A stretch of 64,000 nucleotides of DNA from an uncultured Oscillospiraceae bacterium (GCA_964541465.1 CAZIQO010000002.1:710-64709); one strand, 5' to 3'. Shown: positions 54,199 to 64,000, counted from the stretch's first letter. Translations and numbers: made by a program. The notes: generated from the letters alone by a model not told the origin.

Positions 54199-54795
54199 TC
54201 AGTCGCCCGCGTCGAGCGAGCGGATCAGCGTCTGCGCGACGAGTCTGCGCGTCTGGCGCGCGTCCATGGCGAGCTTCTCGATATAGCGGTGCGCGCTCGC
54301 CTCGTCCATGCCGCGCCGTTCGATGAGCATCCACTTCGCGCGGTTGACCACGCGGATCTCCTCCATCTTTTCCTCCAAAGTGACGGTGCGTCGCTCCATC
54401 GCAACCAGCTTGGCGCGCGTGGCGGCAAGAAGCGAGAGCGTCTGGCGGATCGTCTGCGCGGAGCAGGGCTTACAGACCGTCAGTACGCCCGCGTCCTCCA
54501 TCTGCTCGGAAACCTGCTCGTATGTCTCGGCCGGCACGAGCAGCACGATGCCGCAGAGCCGGTCCGCCGTCAGGTCCTGCGCAAGCTGCGTGCCGAATTC
54601 ATCCGGCAGCGGCAGATTGACGATCACGATCGAAAACGGCGTGTCGACCAGCAGGCGCCGCGCCTCCGCGGCGGAGCTGCGCGTCGCCACGGGCCAGAAG
54701 CGCGATGGCGACAGCGCGCCCGCGATGGATTCGCATGCGCGTTTCGTTCCCGCAACGATCAGCACGCTGTTCTGCTTTCCTCCGTCGTACGCCAA
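54199..54795 (-). CDS. ANTAR-domain RNA-binding antiterminator with degenerate (pseudo-)receiver domain
   Basis: C-terminal ANTAR helices (IRVVNRAKWMLIERRGMDEASAHRYIEKLAMDARQTRRLVAQTLI). The N-terminal CheY-like fold has Ala-Gly in place of the acidic pair and Asn in place of the phospho-acceptor Asp (SIVIVNLPLP). Confidence 0.85.
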   Translation of the reverse strand: MAYDGGKQNSVLIVAGTKRACESIAGALSPSRFWPVATRSSAAEARRLLVDTPFSIVIVNLPLPDEFGTQLAQDLTADRLCGIVLLVPAETYEQVSEQMEDAGVLTVCKPCSAQTIRQTLSLLAATRAKLVAMERRTVTLEEKMEEIRVVNRAKWMLIERRGMDEASAHRYIEKLAMDARQTRRLVAQTLIRSLDAGD

Positions 54796-54815
54796 GTCAC
54801 CGCCTCCCGCCGGGA

Positions 54816-56030
54816 TTACCCGGCGAATGTTTCGTACGCGTCGAACACGCCGTCCGGCAGAACGCCGCGCACGAAGGAACTGCCGGACGCAAAGGCGAAC
54901 GCCTCTTCGCGCGAGCCGGGCAGCGCCGTAAGCGGCCCGGTCACGGACGCGTCCGCCGTATAGAGGTTCACATTGGTCGACGGCGGCGGTACGAGCCCGC
55001 GCTTCACGCCGTCGAGCCCCGCCGCAAGGATCAGCGCGAACATCAGATACGGATTGCCGGAAGAATCGGGCGAACGCAGTTCAATGCGCGCGTACTCCCC
55101 CTTCGCGGCGGGAATGCGGATCAGCTGTGAGCGGTTCTCCGGCGACCAGGTTACGTATTTGGGCGCCTTGTGCTCGCCGAAGCGCGCATAGGAGAGCGGA
55201 TGGGGATTCAAAAACGCGGTGATCTCCACGATATGCTCCATCAGCCCCGCCATGAACGCGTCCCGCGCGGCATCCGATTTCGGCGCCGCGAGCGAAAGAT
55301 TGACGTGCAGGCCGTTGCCGCAGTCGTCCGGCAGCGGCTTTGGCGAAAAGTCGGCCCAGAGGCCGTTGCGCATGGCGACCGTGCGCACCACCGACGGAAA
55401 CGTGACCGCGTTGTCCGCGGCGGAGAGCGCCTCGCCGTAACGGAAGTCGATCTCGTTCTGCCCCGGCCCGTTCTCATGGTGCGAGCTTTCGGGCCGGATG
55501 CCCATTTCACAGAGCGTCAGGCAGATCTCCCGCCGCACGTTCTCCCCGCGGTCGAGCGGCGCGATGTCCATATACCGCGCGCCGTCGAGCGGGATCTTCG
55601 TCGCGTTGCCGTCCGCGTCCAGCCGGAAAAGGTAAAATTCAAACTCCGTTCCGATGTTTACGATCACCCCCTCCGAGGCGGCCCCGGCGATCACGCGCTT
55701 GAGAATGTTGCGCGAGTCGAGCGGGAAGATCGTTCCGTCGGGACGGCGGATATCGCAGAACAGCCGCACGACCCGCCCGTGGCTGGGCCGCCAGGGCAGC
55801 ACGGTGAGCGTCTGCGGATCCGGATACAGCAGCAGGTCGGAACGCGTTTCGTCCCCGAACCCGCGAATGGCCGACGCGTCGAACGAGATGCCGTCGGAAA
55901 ACGCGCGGCTGAGCTCGTCCGGCATGACCGAGATGTTCTTGAGCACGCCGAACACGTCGCAAAACGCGAGGCGGATGAACTTCACGTCCTCCGCGGCGGC
56001 ATAGTCGATGATCTCCTGCGCGGTATACAT
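54816..56030 (-). CDS. glnA: glutamine synthetase family protein (short, type I-like, 404 aa)
   Basis: Beta-grasp N-domain (VKFIRLAFCDVFG), plus catalytic-domain blocks GTEFEFYLF, HHENGPGQNEIDF and RIELRSPDSSGNPYL. Confidence 0.85.
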   Translation of the reverse strand: MYTAQEIIDYAAAEDVKFIRLAFCDVFGVLKNISVMPDELSRAFSDGISFDASAIRGFGDETRSDLLLYPDPQTLTVLPWRPSHGRVVRLFCDIRRPDGTIFPLDSRNILKRVIAGAASEGVIVNIGTEFEFYLFRLDADGNATKIPLDGARYMDIAPLDRGENVRREICLTLCEMGIRPESSHHENGPGQNEIDFRYGEALSAADNAVTFPSVVRTVAMRNGLWADFSPKPLPDDCGNGLHVNLSLAAPKSDAARDAFMAGLMEHIVEITAFLNPHPLSYARFGEHKAPKYVTWSPENRSQLIRIPAAKGEYARIELRSPDSSGNPYLMFALILAAGLDGVKRGLVPPPSTNVNLYTADASVTGPLTALPGSREEAFAFASGSSFVRGVLPDGVFDAYETFAG

Positions 56031-56057
56031 TTGCCTGCACCCTCTCCTGTTTTTTCG

Positions 56058-56801
56058 TCAGTTGGCCACATACAGCTGGCGGTAAGGATCGTTGGAATTC
56101 GGCGTCAGCAGCCAAAACGGCGTGCCGTCGTCGGGAATCGTCCTTTCAAACAGTGTAACATATTTTTGAAGATACGGCTCAATCCGGGAAAGATCCTCCC
56201 GGTTTGCCTCGCATACGCGCACCTGCCGCGGCAGACGTTCGCGGCGGATGTTGCCGCGCACATAGATCGCGCCGCCGTGCATGCCCGTGCCGCAGAAGTA
56301 CCCGAGCACCTCGTCCGGCCGGTCGAGCCCCAGCACCACGATCACGCCGCCCGCCTGATATTCCCCAAGGAAGCTCCCGCAGGATCCGCCGATCACCAGC
56401 ACGGGCGATTTCTCCCCGTACGCCTTCATGTGCACGCCCGCGCGGTAACCGGCGCTGTCGCGCACATAGATGCACCCGCCTCGCATGCTGTAGCCCACCG
56501 TGTCGCCCACCGAGCCGTGCACGATGATCTCCCCGTCGTTCATCGTGTCTCCGGCCGCGTCCTGCGCGTTTCCGTAGATCACGATGCGTCCGCCGTTGAG
56601 ATAGGCGCCGAGCGCGTTGCCCGCCGTGCCGCGCACCGTGAGCGTGCCGCGCTCCATGGCGTCGCCGATGTAGCGCTGTCCGAGCGCGCCGACGATCTCC
56701 ACGTCCGGCCCGGACTGCCGGATGCAGGCGTTCAGCGCGCGATGGTCCGCGCCGCGCGCATCGATGCGGCGGATCGCGGACGACGACTGGTCCTGTTCCA
56801 T
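56058..56801 (-). CDS. glutamate synthase GXGXG (alpha-subunit C-terminal) domain protein
   Basis: Repeated beta-helix GXGXG-type turns (VRGTAGNALGAYLNGGRIVIYGNAQDAAGDTMNDGEIIVHGSVGDTVGYSMRGG). GGAAGGTGA RBS before ATG 56801. Confidence 0.85.
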   Translation of the reverse strand: MEQDQSSSAIRRIDARGADHRALNACIRQSGPDVEIVGALGQRYIGDAMERGTLTVRGTAGNALGAYLNGGRIVIYGNAQDAAGDTMNDGEIIVHGSVGDTVGYSMRGGCIYVRDSAGYRAGVHMKAYGEKSPVLVIGGSCGSFLGEYQAGGVIVVLGLDRPDEVLGYFCGTGMHGGAIYVRGNIRRERLPRQVRVCEANREDLSRIEPYLQKYVTLFERTIPDDGTPFWLLTPNSNDPYRQLYVAN

Positions 56802-56888
56802 ACGTTCACCTTCCAAAACTCTCAAATCTGTCTGAAAAACGCATCCCGCCGGACTGCCGTCCATTGGAAAACCTCACGAAAATACCGG

Positions 56889-58394
56889 CTACTCGCCAGC
56901 GTGGCGGACGCCGAGCACCCTTAGCTCGGTTTCGTTGAGCCCCACACCGCGCAGCATGGCGCGGTTCCCGCACAGCGCCTCGATCGAGTTGATGCCCATG
57001 CCGCCCATAAACTCCTTGATCTCGCGGTTCCAGGCGGTCACGAGGTTGACGAGCCTCTCCGCGCCCTCCGCCGGATCGAGCCGCGCGACCAGCTCCGGCC
57101 GCTGCGTCGCGATGCCCCAGTTGCAGATGCCGCTGTGGCAGGAGCGGCACAGCCTGCAGCCGAGCGCAATCATGGCGGCGGTTGCGATATACACCGCGTT
57201 GGCGCCGAGCGCGATGGCCTTGACCACGTCCGCGCTCGAGCGGATGCTCCCGCCGACGAGAAGCGACACGTCGTTTCGGATGCCCTCCTCACGCAGCCGC
57301 TCGTCCACGGCCGCAAGCGCGAGCTCCACGGGGATACCGACGTTGTCGCGGATGCGGGTCGGCGCCGCGCCGGTACCGCCCCGGAAGCCGTCGATGGCGA
57401 TGATGTCCGCGCCGCTTCGCGCGATGCCGCTTGCGATCGCCGCGATGTTGTGCACGGCCGCCACCTTGACGATGACCGGCTTTTTATAGCACGTGGCCTC
57501 CTTGAGCGAGCCGACGAGCTGCTGGAGGTCCTCGATGGAATAGATGTCGTGATGCGGCGCGGGCGAAATCGCGTCCGAGCCCTCCGGGATCATGCGGGTT
57601 TTGGAGATTTCCCCCACGATCTTCGCGCCCGGCAGATGCCCGCCGATACCGGGCTTCGCGCCCTGGCCCATCTTGATCTCGATGGCCGCGCCGGAGCAGA
57701 GGTAATCCTTATGCACGCCGAACCGACCGGACGCGACCTGGACGATCGTATGCTCCACATACGGGTACAGCGACTCGTGCAACCCGCCCTCGCCGGTATT
57801 ATAATAGGTATTCAGCGCGACGGCCGCGCGCGCGAGCGCCTCGTGCACGTTGAGGCTGACCGAGCCGTAGCTCATGGCGGAAAACAGCACCGGCACGCTG
57901 AGCTCGAGCTGCGGCGGCAGGTCGGTCAGCATCGCGCCGCTCTCCGTCCGCGCGACCGAGAGCGACTTTTTGCCGAGGAACGTGCGCGTCTCCATCGGCT
58001 CGCGGAGCGGGTCGATCGACGGGTTCGTCACCTGGGACGCGTTGACGAGCAGCTTGTCCCAGTAGACCGGGTAGGGCAGCGGCGTGCCCATCGACGAGAG
58101 CAGCATGCCGCCGCTGTCCGCCTGACGGCGGATCTCCTTGATCGCGTCGCTGCTCCAGTTGTGGTTTTCGCGCAGCGTGTTCGGGTTCTTCACGATCTGG
58201 AGCGCGCGCGTGGGGCAAAGCGCGACGCAGCGCTGGCAGTCGACGCACTTGGTCTCGTCCGCGACCATGCGGCCCGTGCGGCTGTCGAAACGGTGCACGC
58301 CGAACGCGCACTGCCGCTCGCAGATGCGGCAGACGGTGCAGCGGCTTTCGTTGCGGACGACGTCGAATTCCGGAAAGATGTTATTTACAGGCAT
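56889..58394 (-). CDS. archaeal-type glutamate synthase FMN/Fe-S subunit with N-terminal 2x[4Fe-4S] ferredoxin domain
   Basis: CTVCRICERQC and CVDCQRCVALCP ferredoxin clusters. GltB central-domain blocks (MSYGS.S, GEGG, KMGQGAKPG.GGHLPG, GG.GA.P). ATG 58394 overlaps the upstream gene by 10 nt and has GGGGAGGAA upstream. Confidence 0.88.
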   Translation of the reverse strand: MPVNNIFPEFDVVRNESRCTVCRICERQCAFGVHRFDSRTGRMVADETKCVDCQRCVALCPTRALQIVKNPNTLRENHNWSSDAIKEIRRQADSGGMLLSSMGTPLPYPVYWDKLLVNASQVTNPSIDPLREPMETRTFLGKKSLSVARTESGAMLTDLPPQLELSVPVLFSAMSYGSVSLNVHEALARAAVALNTYYNTGEGGLHESLYPYVEHTIVQVASGRFGVHKDYLCSGAAIEIKMGQGAKPGIGGHLPGAKIVGEISKTRMIPEGSDAISPAPHHDIYSIEDLQQLVGSLKEATCYKKPVIVKVAAVHNIAAIASGIARSGADIIAIDGFRGGTGAAPTRIRDNVGIPVELALAAVDERLREEGIRNDVSLLVGGSIRSSADVVKAIALGANAVYIATAAMIALGCRLCRSCHSGICNWGIATQRPELVARLDPAEGAERLVNLVTAWNREIKEFMGGMGINSIEALCGNRAMLRGVGLNETELRVLGVRHAGE

Positions 58395-59488
58395 GCGTGT
58401 TCCTCCCCGCCGAGCGTAACGATCACGGGCTGGCCGCCGCGCGGCGCGTAGAGCCGGTCGAGCTCGGGCTCCATGCAGCGGATGGCGCATTCCTCGCTGC
58501 CCACGTACACCCGCTCGCCCTTCTCCCCCACCACGAGCGAGCGGAGCTTGAGCCGGTCGTTGAGCGCCATCATGCCGCCCTCGAACCCGAGCAGGATCGA
58601 AAACGGACCCGTTACGAGCAGGCTCCCGAACGTATTGCGCAGGTATGTCAGCCGTCGCTGCTCCTTTTCGTCCTTCGTCGCGATCGTGCTCCAGAACGGC
58701 GCGGCGATTACGTTGGCCATCTCCGCGGGCGTAAACTTCAATTTGCGCAGCAGGTAATCCGCGATATAGGTGAGCACCTCCGTGTCGGTCTGCAGCGTGC
58801 AGCGGTAGCCGAACATCTCGATGAAGCGCCGGTTCGTATCGTAGCTGGAAATCTCGCCGTTATGCACGACCGAATAGTCCAGCAGCGCGAACGGATGCGC
58901 GCCGCCCCACCAGCCGGGCGTGTTTGTGGGATACCGCCCGTGCCCCGTCCAGCAATAGCCCTCGTATTCCTCGATGCGGTAGAAGTTCGCGATGTCCTCG
59001 GGGTATCCGACGCCCTTGAACACGCCCATGTTCTTTCCGCTGGAAAACACATAGCAGCCCTTGAACGTGGAATTGATGTGGATCACCGCGCGCGCGACGT
59101 ACTCCTTTTCGTCGAGCTGGCTGTCGCGCAGGCGGTTCTGGTGCGGCGCTACGAAATACCGCCAGATCAGCGGCTCGTCGGTGACCTTACGCGTTTTGCG
59201 GATCGGTATCTTGGACAGATTGACCACCTCGAACACATGGTCGAGGTATTTTTCGCAGGTCTCGCGCGCGTCCGTATCGTCGTAGAATACGTGCAGCGCA
59301 TAAAATTCCTTGTTCTGCGGGTAGATGCCATACCCGGCAAACCCGCCGCCTAGTCCGTTGGACCGCTCGTGCATGCACGTCATGGCCTTCGCAACAAGAC
59401 TCCCGGGGATGGCTGCGCCGTCCCTGGAAAACACCCCTGCGATCGCGCAGCCCGATGGAATGCGGGTTTCGCCCTCCCGAAGCGACAT
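58385..59488 (-). CDS. class II glutamine amidotransferase (GltB N-terminal domain-like) subunit
   Basis: Nucleophile context SGCAIAGV after a short pro-sequence, plus RSNGLGGGFAGYG and VVHNGEISSY blocks. ATG 59488 is preceded by AGGAGA. The track ORF up to 59623 is an extension. Confidence 0.8.
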   Translation of the reverse strand: MSLREGETRIPSGCAIAGVFSRDGAAIPGSLVAKAMTCMHERSNGLGGGFAGYGIYPQNKEFYALHVFYDDTDARETCEKYLDHVFEVVNLSKIPIRKTRKVTDEPLIWRYFVAPHQNRLRDSQLDEKEYVARAVIHINSTFKGCYVFSSGKNMGVFKGVGYPEDIANFYRIEEYEGYCWTGHGRYPTNTPGWWGGAHPFALLDYSVVHNGEISSYDTNRRFIEMFGYRCTLQTDTEVLTYIADYLLRKLKFTPAEMANVIAAPFWSTIATKDEKEQRRLTYLRNTFGSLLVTGPFSILLGFEGGMMALNDRLKLRSLVVGEKGERVYVGSEECAIRCMEPELDRLYAPRGGQPVIVTLGGEEHACL

Positions 59489-59594
59489 ATCGGCTCTCCT
59501 GTTCCGCTCCATGCCGCCGCTTTCGTCCGCCGGACGCAAAACGCCCGCGCGGCGTAAAAAATCCGGCGGCGGCATAAACGCCGTTATTGTCGGG

Positions 59595-59623
59595 AGTATA
59601 CCGAAATCATGCAGTCCTGTCAA
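59595..59623 (-). promoter_or_regulatory. sigma-A-type promoter of the GOGAT-GS-ANTAR operon
   Basis: On the minus strand: TTGACA (59618..59623), 17-nt spacer, TATACT (59595..59600). Gives a leader of about 100 nt. Confidence 0.65.
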
Positions 59624-59739
59624 GCTAAAAATGAATGATATATACTTAAAAATTGCATAATTACGGATTTAATTCAATTTTGGTGGTAATTTGTTCAAAC
59701 CATGCGATTTCATGAATTGAATCCTGCAGAAATTAGGGA

Positions 59740-59768
59740 TTGACAGGTTCCGCACATGGCTGTATAAT
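59740..59768 (+). promoter_or_regulatory. consensus sigma-A promoter upstream of glnN
   Basis: TTGACA (59740..59745), 17-nt spacer, TATAAT (59763..59768). Confidence 0.7.
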
Positions 59769-59788
59769 ACGCGCATATTATAAAAAAA

Positions 59789-59834
59789 CGGCAAAGGCGC
59801 CGCGGGTAGTCTGCGGGACTTTGTCGCTTTTTTA
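59789..59834 (+). terminator. intrinsic terminator-like hairpin inside the glnN leader
   Basis: cggcaaaggcgccgcgg-guagu-cugcgggacuuugucg followed by CUUUUUU and preceded by A7. Lies between the promoter and ATG 59870. Confidence 0.6.
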
Positions 59835-59869
59835 TATATAACGAACGGACGAAGGGAAAGTGAATCGCC

Positions 59870-61963
<2,094 letters not shown>

Positions 61964-61988
61964 CTCTGATTCCGGGAGGGAAAGAAAC

Positions 61989-63566
61989 ATGTGCTCCATT
62001 ATGGGATATCTGGGCAAGCGCATCTCGCTGGATCTGCTTGTGGACGGATTCTACAAAACGGTGTCGCGGGGGCCGGACCTCTCGCGCATGCTCAACGTCG
62101 GGGACGGATACCTGATGTTCCACCGGCTTTCGATCATGGGCCTGGACAAGAACGGCATGCAGCCGTTTGAGCTTAACGGCGACGCGGTGGTCTGCAACGG
62201 CGAACTGTACGGTTTCCGCAAAATGCGGGAAGCGCTGTTCCCGAATTACGAATTCAAGAGCGGCTCCGACTGCGAGCTGCTGCTGCCGATGTATCAGCGC
62301 TACGGCGTCGAACTCTTCCATATGCTCGACGCGGAATTCGCGCTGGTCCTCTACGATCACAAAACCGATTCGCTCATCGCCGCGCGCGACCCGCTCGGCA
62401 TCCGGCCGCTGTTTTACGGCTTCGACGCGGACGGCGAGATCCTCTTTGCAAGCGAGGCCAAGAACCTGACCGGCCTGGTCGAAACCGTCCATCCCTTCCC
62501 GCCGGGACACTACTGGAAGGACGGCAAATTCGTGCGGTTCGCGGATCTGACCACCGTTTCGGATTATTCAAAGGACGATCTCGACGCCGTCACGCGGAAC
62601 ATCCGCGAAAAACTTACGGCGGGCGTGGTCAAGCGCTTGGACGCGGACGTGCCGGTCGGCTTCCTGCTCAGCGGCGGGCTGGACAGCTCGCTGGTCTGCG
62701 CGATCGCAAACCGGTATCTGCCCCACCCGATCAAGACATTCTCCATCGGCATGCGCGACGACGCGATCGACTGCAAGTACGCCCGCCAGGTGGCGGACTA
62801 CCTCGGCGCGGAGCACAGCGAGGTCATCATCACGCCGTCGGACGCCATCGGCGCGCTGCGCACGGTCGTGCGCGTGCTGGAGACCTACGACATCACGACC
62901 ATCCGCGCGAGCGTGGGCATGTACCTCGTGTGCAAGTATGTCCACGAGCACACCGATATCCGCGTGATCCTCACCGGCGAGATCTCCGACGAGCTGTTCG
63001 GCTACAAATACACCGATTTCGCGCCGGATGCCGAGGCGTTCCAGCAGGAGGCCAAGAAGCGCGTCGACGAAATCTACATGTACGACGTGCTGCGCGCGGA
63101 CCGCTGCATCTCCGCAAATTCCCTGGAGGCGCGCGTTCCGTTCGGCGACCTCGATTTTGTCCGGTACGTCATGCAGGTCGATCCGTCCCTCAAGATGAAC
63201 CGCTTCGGCAAGGGCAAATATCTGCTCCGCCGCGCGTTTGAGGGCGACTATCTGCCGCACGATATCCTTTACCGCGAGAAGGCGGCGTTCTCCGACGCGG
63301 TCGGCCATTCCCTTGTGGACCACCTCAAGGCGTATGCCGAGAAGCTCTACACCGACGAGGAATTCGAAAGCCGGCGCGCCAAGTATTCGTTCGCAACGCC
63401 CTTTACGAAGGAATCGCTGCTCTACCGCGAGCTCTTCGAGGCCGAATATCCCGGCCAGGCGCAGATGGTCAAGGACTTCTGGATGCCCAACCGTTCCTGG
63501 AAGGGCTGCGACGTCAACGACCCGTCCGCGCGCGTTCTGTCGAACTACGGCATGAGCGCGGTATAA
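61989..63566 (+). CDS. asnB: asparagine synthase (glutamine-hydrolysing)
   Basis: N-terminal MC nucleophile (MCSIMGY), PP-loop SGGLDSS. 525 aa. GGGAGGGAAAG RBS. The track ORF from 61938 is an extension. Confidence 0.9.
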   Translation: MCSIMGYLGKRISLDLLVDGFYKTVSRGPDLSRMLNVGDGYLMFHRLSIMGLDKNGMQPFELNGDAVVCNGELYGFRKMREALFPNYEFKSGSDCELLLPMYQRYGVELFHMLDAEFALVLYDHKTDSLIAARDPLGIRPLFYGFDADGEILFASEAKNLTGLVETVHPFPPGHYWKDGKFVRFADLTTVSDYSKDDLDAVTRNIREKLTAGVVKRLDADVPVGFLLSGGLDSSLVCAIANRYLPHPIKTFSIGMRDDAIDCKYARQVADYLGAEHSEVIITPSDAIGALRTVVRVLETYDITTIRASVGMYLVCKYVHEHTDIRVILTGEISDELFGYKYTDFAPDAEAFQQEAKKRVDEIYMYDVLRADRCISANSLEARVPFGDLDFVRYVMQVDPSLKMNRFGKGKYLLRRAFEGDYLPHDILYREKAAFSDAVGHSLVDHLKAYAEKLYTDEEFESRRAKYSFATPFTKESLLYRELFEAEYPGQAQMVKDFWMPNRSWKGCDVNDPSARVLSNYGMSAV

Positions 63567-63625
63567 GGCATTATTTCCGCTTCCTCCTGAAGCCGTGGGA
63601 ATTCGCTCCTCCCGCGGCGCGCAAG

Positions 63626-63664
63626 GCGGTCCCCGACGGCGAGAATCGGGGGCCGCATTTTTTT
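63626..63664 (+). terminator. rho-independent terminator after asnB
   Basis: gcggtccccga-cggcgagaa-tcgggggccgc (11-bp stem with one G:U) followed by attttttt. Confidence 0.8.
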
Positions 63665-63695
63665 GCGCAATCGTACGGCGCGGCGGATTTCCCTC

Positions 63696-63724
63696 TTGCG
63701 CGGCTAATATCCGGCTGCTATAAT
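63696..63724 (+). promoter_or_regulatory. sigma-A-type promoter of the TetR-family gene
   Basis: TTGCGC, 17-nt spacer, TATAAT (63719..63724). Confidence 0.55.
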
Positions 63725-63732
63725 TAAATCAT

Positions 63733-63756
63733 CAAACAATTCGTTTGTTTATAAAC
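63733..63756. promoter_or_regulatory. palindromic operator candidates CAAAC-aattc-GTTTG and GTTTATAAAC
   Basis: Two adjacent palindromes immediately downstream of the -10, the typical position for TetR autoregulation. Confidence 0.4.
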
Positions 63757-63797
63757 TATATACGGAAGCACGATAAAAAAAGAAAAGGCAGGCGGCA

Positions 63798-64000
63798 ATG
63801 CGAAACAAGCTGGACGAGCAGGTGATCCTGCAGGCGGCGCTCAAGGTGTTTTCCCGCTACGGCTACAAAAAATCGACGCTTGAGGACATCGCGGGCGAGC
63901 TGAACATGACGAACACCGCCATCTACGCATACGCGCCGAGTAAGCGCGCCCTCTACGAGCAGACGGTGCGCTTCGTCATGCTGCGCTGGCAGACGAGCGT
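63798..64000 (+). CDS. TetR/AcrR-family transcriptional regulator, N-terminal fragment (runs off the window)
   Basis: Own translation: MRNKLDEQVILQAALKVFSRYGYKKSTLEDIAGELNMTNTAIYAYAPSKRALY, the canonical TetR HTH. Absent from the track because no stop lies in the window. Confidence 0.8.
   Translation, partial: MRNKLDEQVILQAALKVFSRYGYKKSTLEDIAGELNMTNTAIYAYAPSKRALYEQTVRFVMLRWQTS

Noticed and set aside
54816-59488. Reading the GS + three GltB-domain genes as a methylamine (N-methylglutamate: gmaS/mgsABC) pathway.
   Set aside because: No N-methylglutamate dehydrogenase (mgdABCD) genes are nearby. The FMN subunit carries the ferredoxin module typical of archaeal-type GOGAT. The neighbours are classical N-assimilation genes (GSIII, asnB). 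I kept this only as an alternative to test.
59625-59740. GlnR/TnrA-type site (TGTNAN7TNACA) in the AT-rich island between the nitrogen operons.
   Set aside because: I could not find a convincing match to that consensus by eye. Only the AATTCAATT/AATTGAAT inverted repeat stands out, and it is reported within the promoter finding.

Overview
This is a GC-rich chromosomal segment with Gram-positive-style signals: GGAGG ribosome-binding sites, lipobox lipoproteins and consensus sigma-A promoters sitting in small AT-rich islands. It is probably from a high-GC Clostridia-type anaerobe, but that is inference only. I support about 60 protein genes and saw no rRNA, tRNA, CRISPR array, transposase or integrase. 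Most long ORFs in the six-frame track that lie antisense to these genes are Arg/Ala/Gly/Pro-rich shadow frames, and several track ORFs carry spurious N-terminal extensions that I trimmed using RBS evidence.

Content in order:
1. A membrane Ser/Thr kinase with an RCC1-repeat ectodomain.
2. A roughly 25-kb run of minus-strand metabolic genes (2942..27461). It starts with a nucleoside module: pyrimidine-nucleoside phosphorylase, a deaminase-like amidohydrolase, a BMP-family ABC importer and a PNP/UDP-family phosphorylase. It continues into dehydrogenases, a DapA-family lyase, a class II aldolase, a PHP phosphatase, three paralogous VOC proteins, and an HMGL-like / thiolase-like / DUF35 trio with a GntR regulator.
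3. Two SDR genes divergent from a DeoR regulator plus a cupin.
4. A LacI-controlled operon combining a RhaA-type isomerase, a nucleoside hydrolase, a LyxK-like kinase and a UlaE/SgbU-like epimerase.
5. A lipoprotein serpin with a partner lipoprotein.
6. A translationally coupled FecBCD/BtuCDF-type ABC importer operon that also encodes a SAM methyltransferase, an XdhC-family protein and a P-loop NTPase.
7. A ZIP transporter, DUF4180, RluA-type pseudouridine synthase, thioredoxin, MgtC and a flavoprotein.
8. A nitrogen-assimilation locus: an archaeal-type three-polypeptide glutamate synthase, a short GS and an ANTAR regulator with a degenerate receiver, divergent from GS type III plus AsnB.

Structure not explained by the genes:
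- Two families of hairpin-rich intergenic repeats. One shows compensatory stem changes and abuts terminator hairpins. The other is an inverted pair bracketing a 2-kb three-gene block.
- An identical 14-nt operator-like box just downstream of the -10 elements of two promoters 16 kb apart.
- Divergent consensus promoters, with a terminator inside the glnN leader.

All functional pathway proposals are inference from domain families and gene order. No database searches were run.
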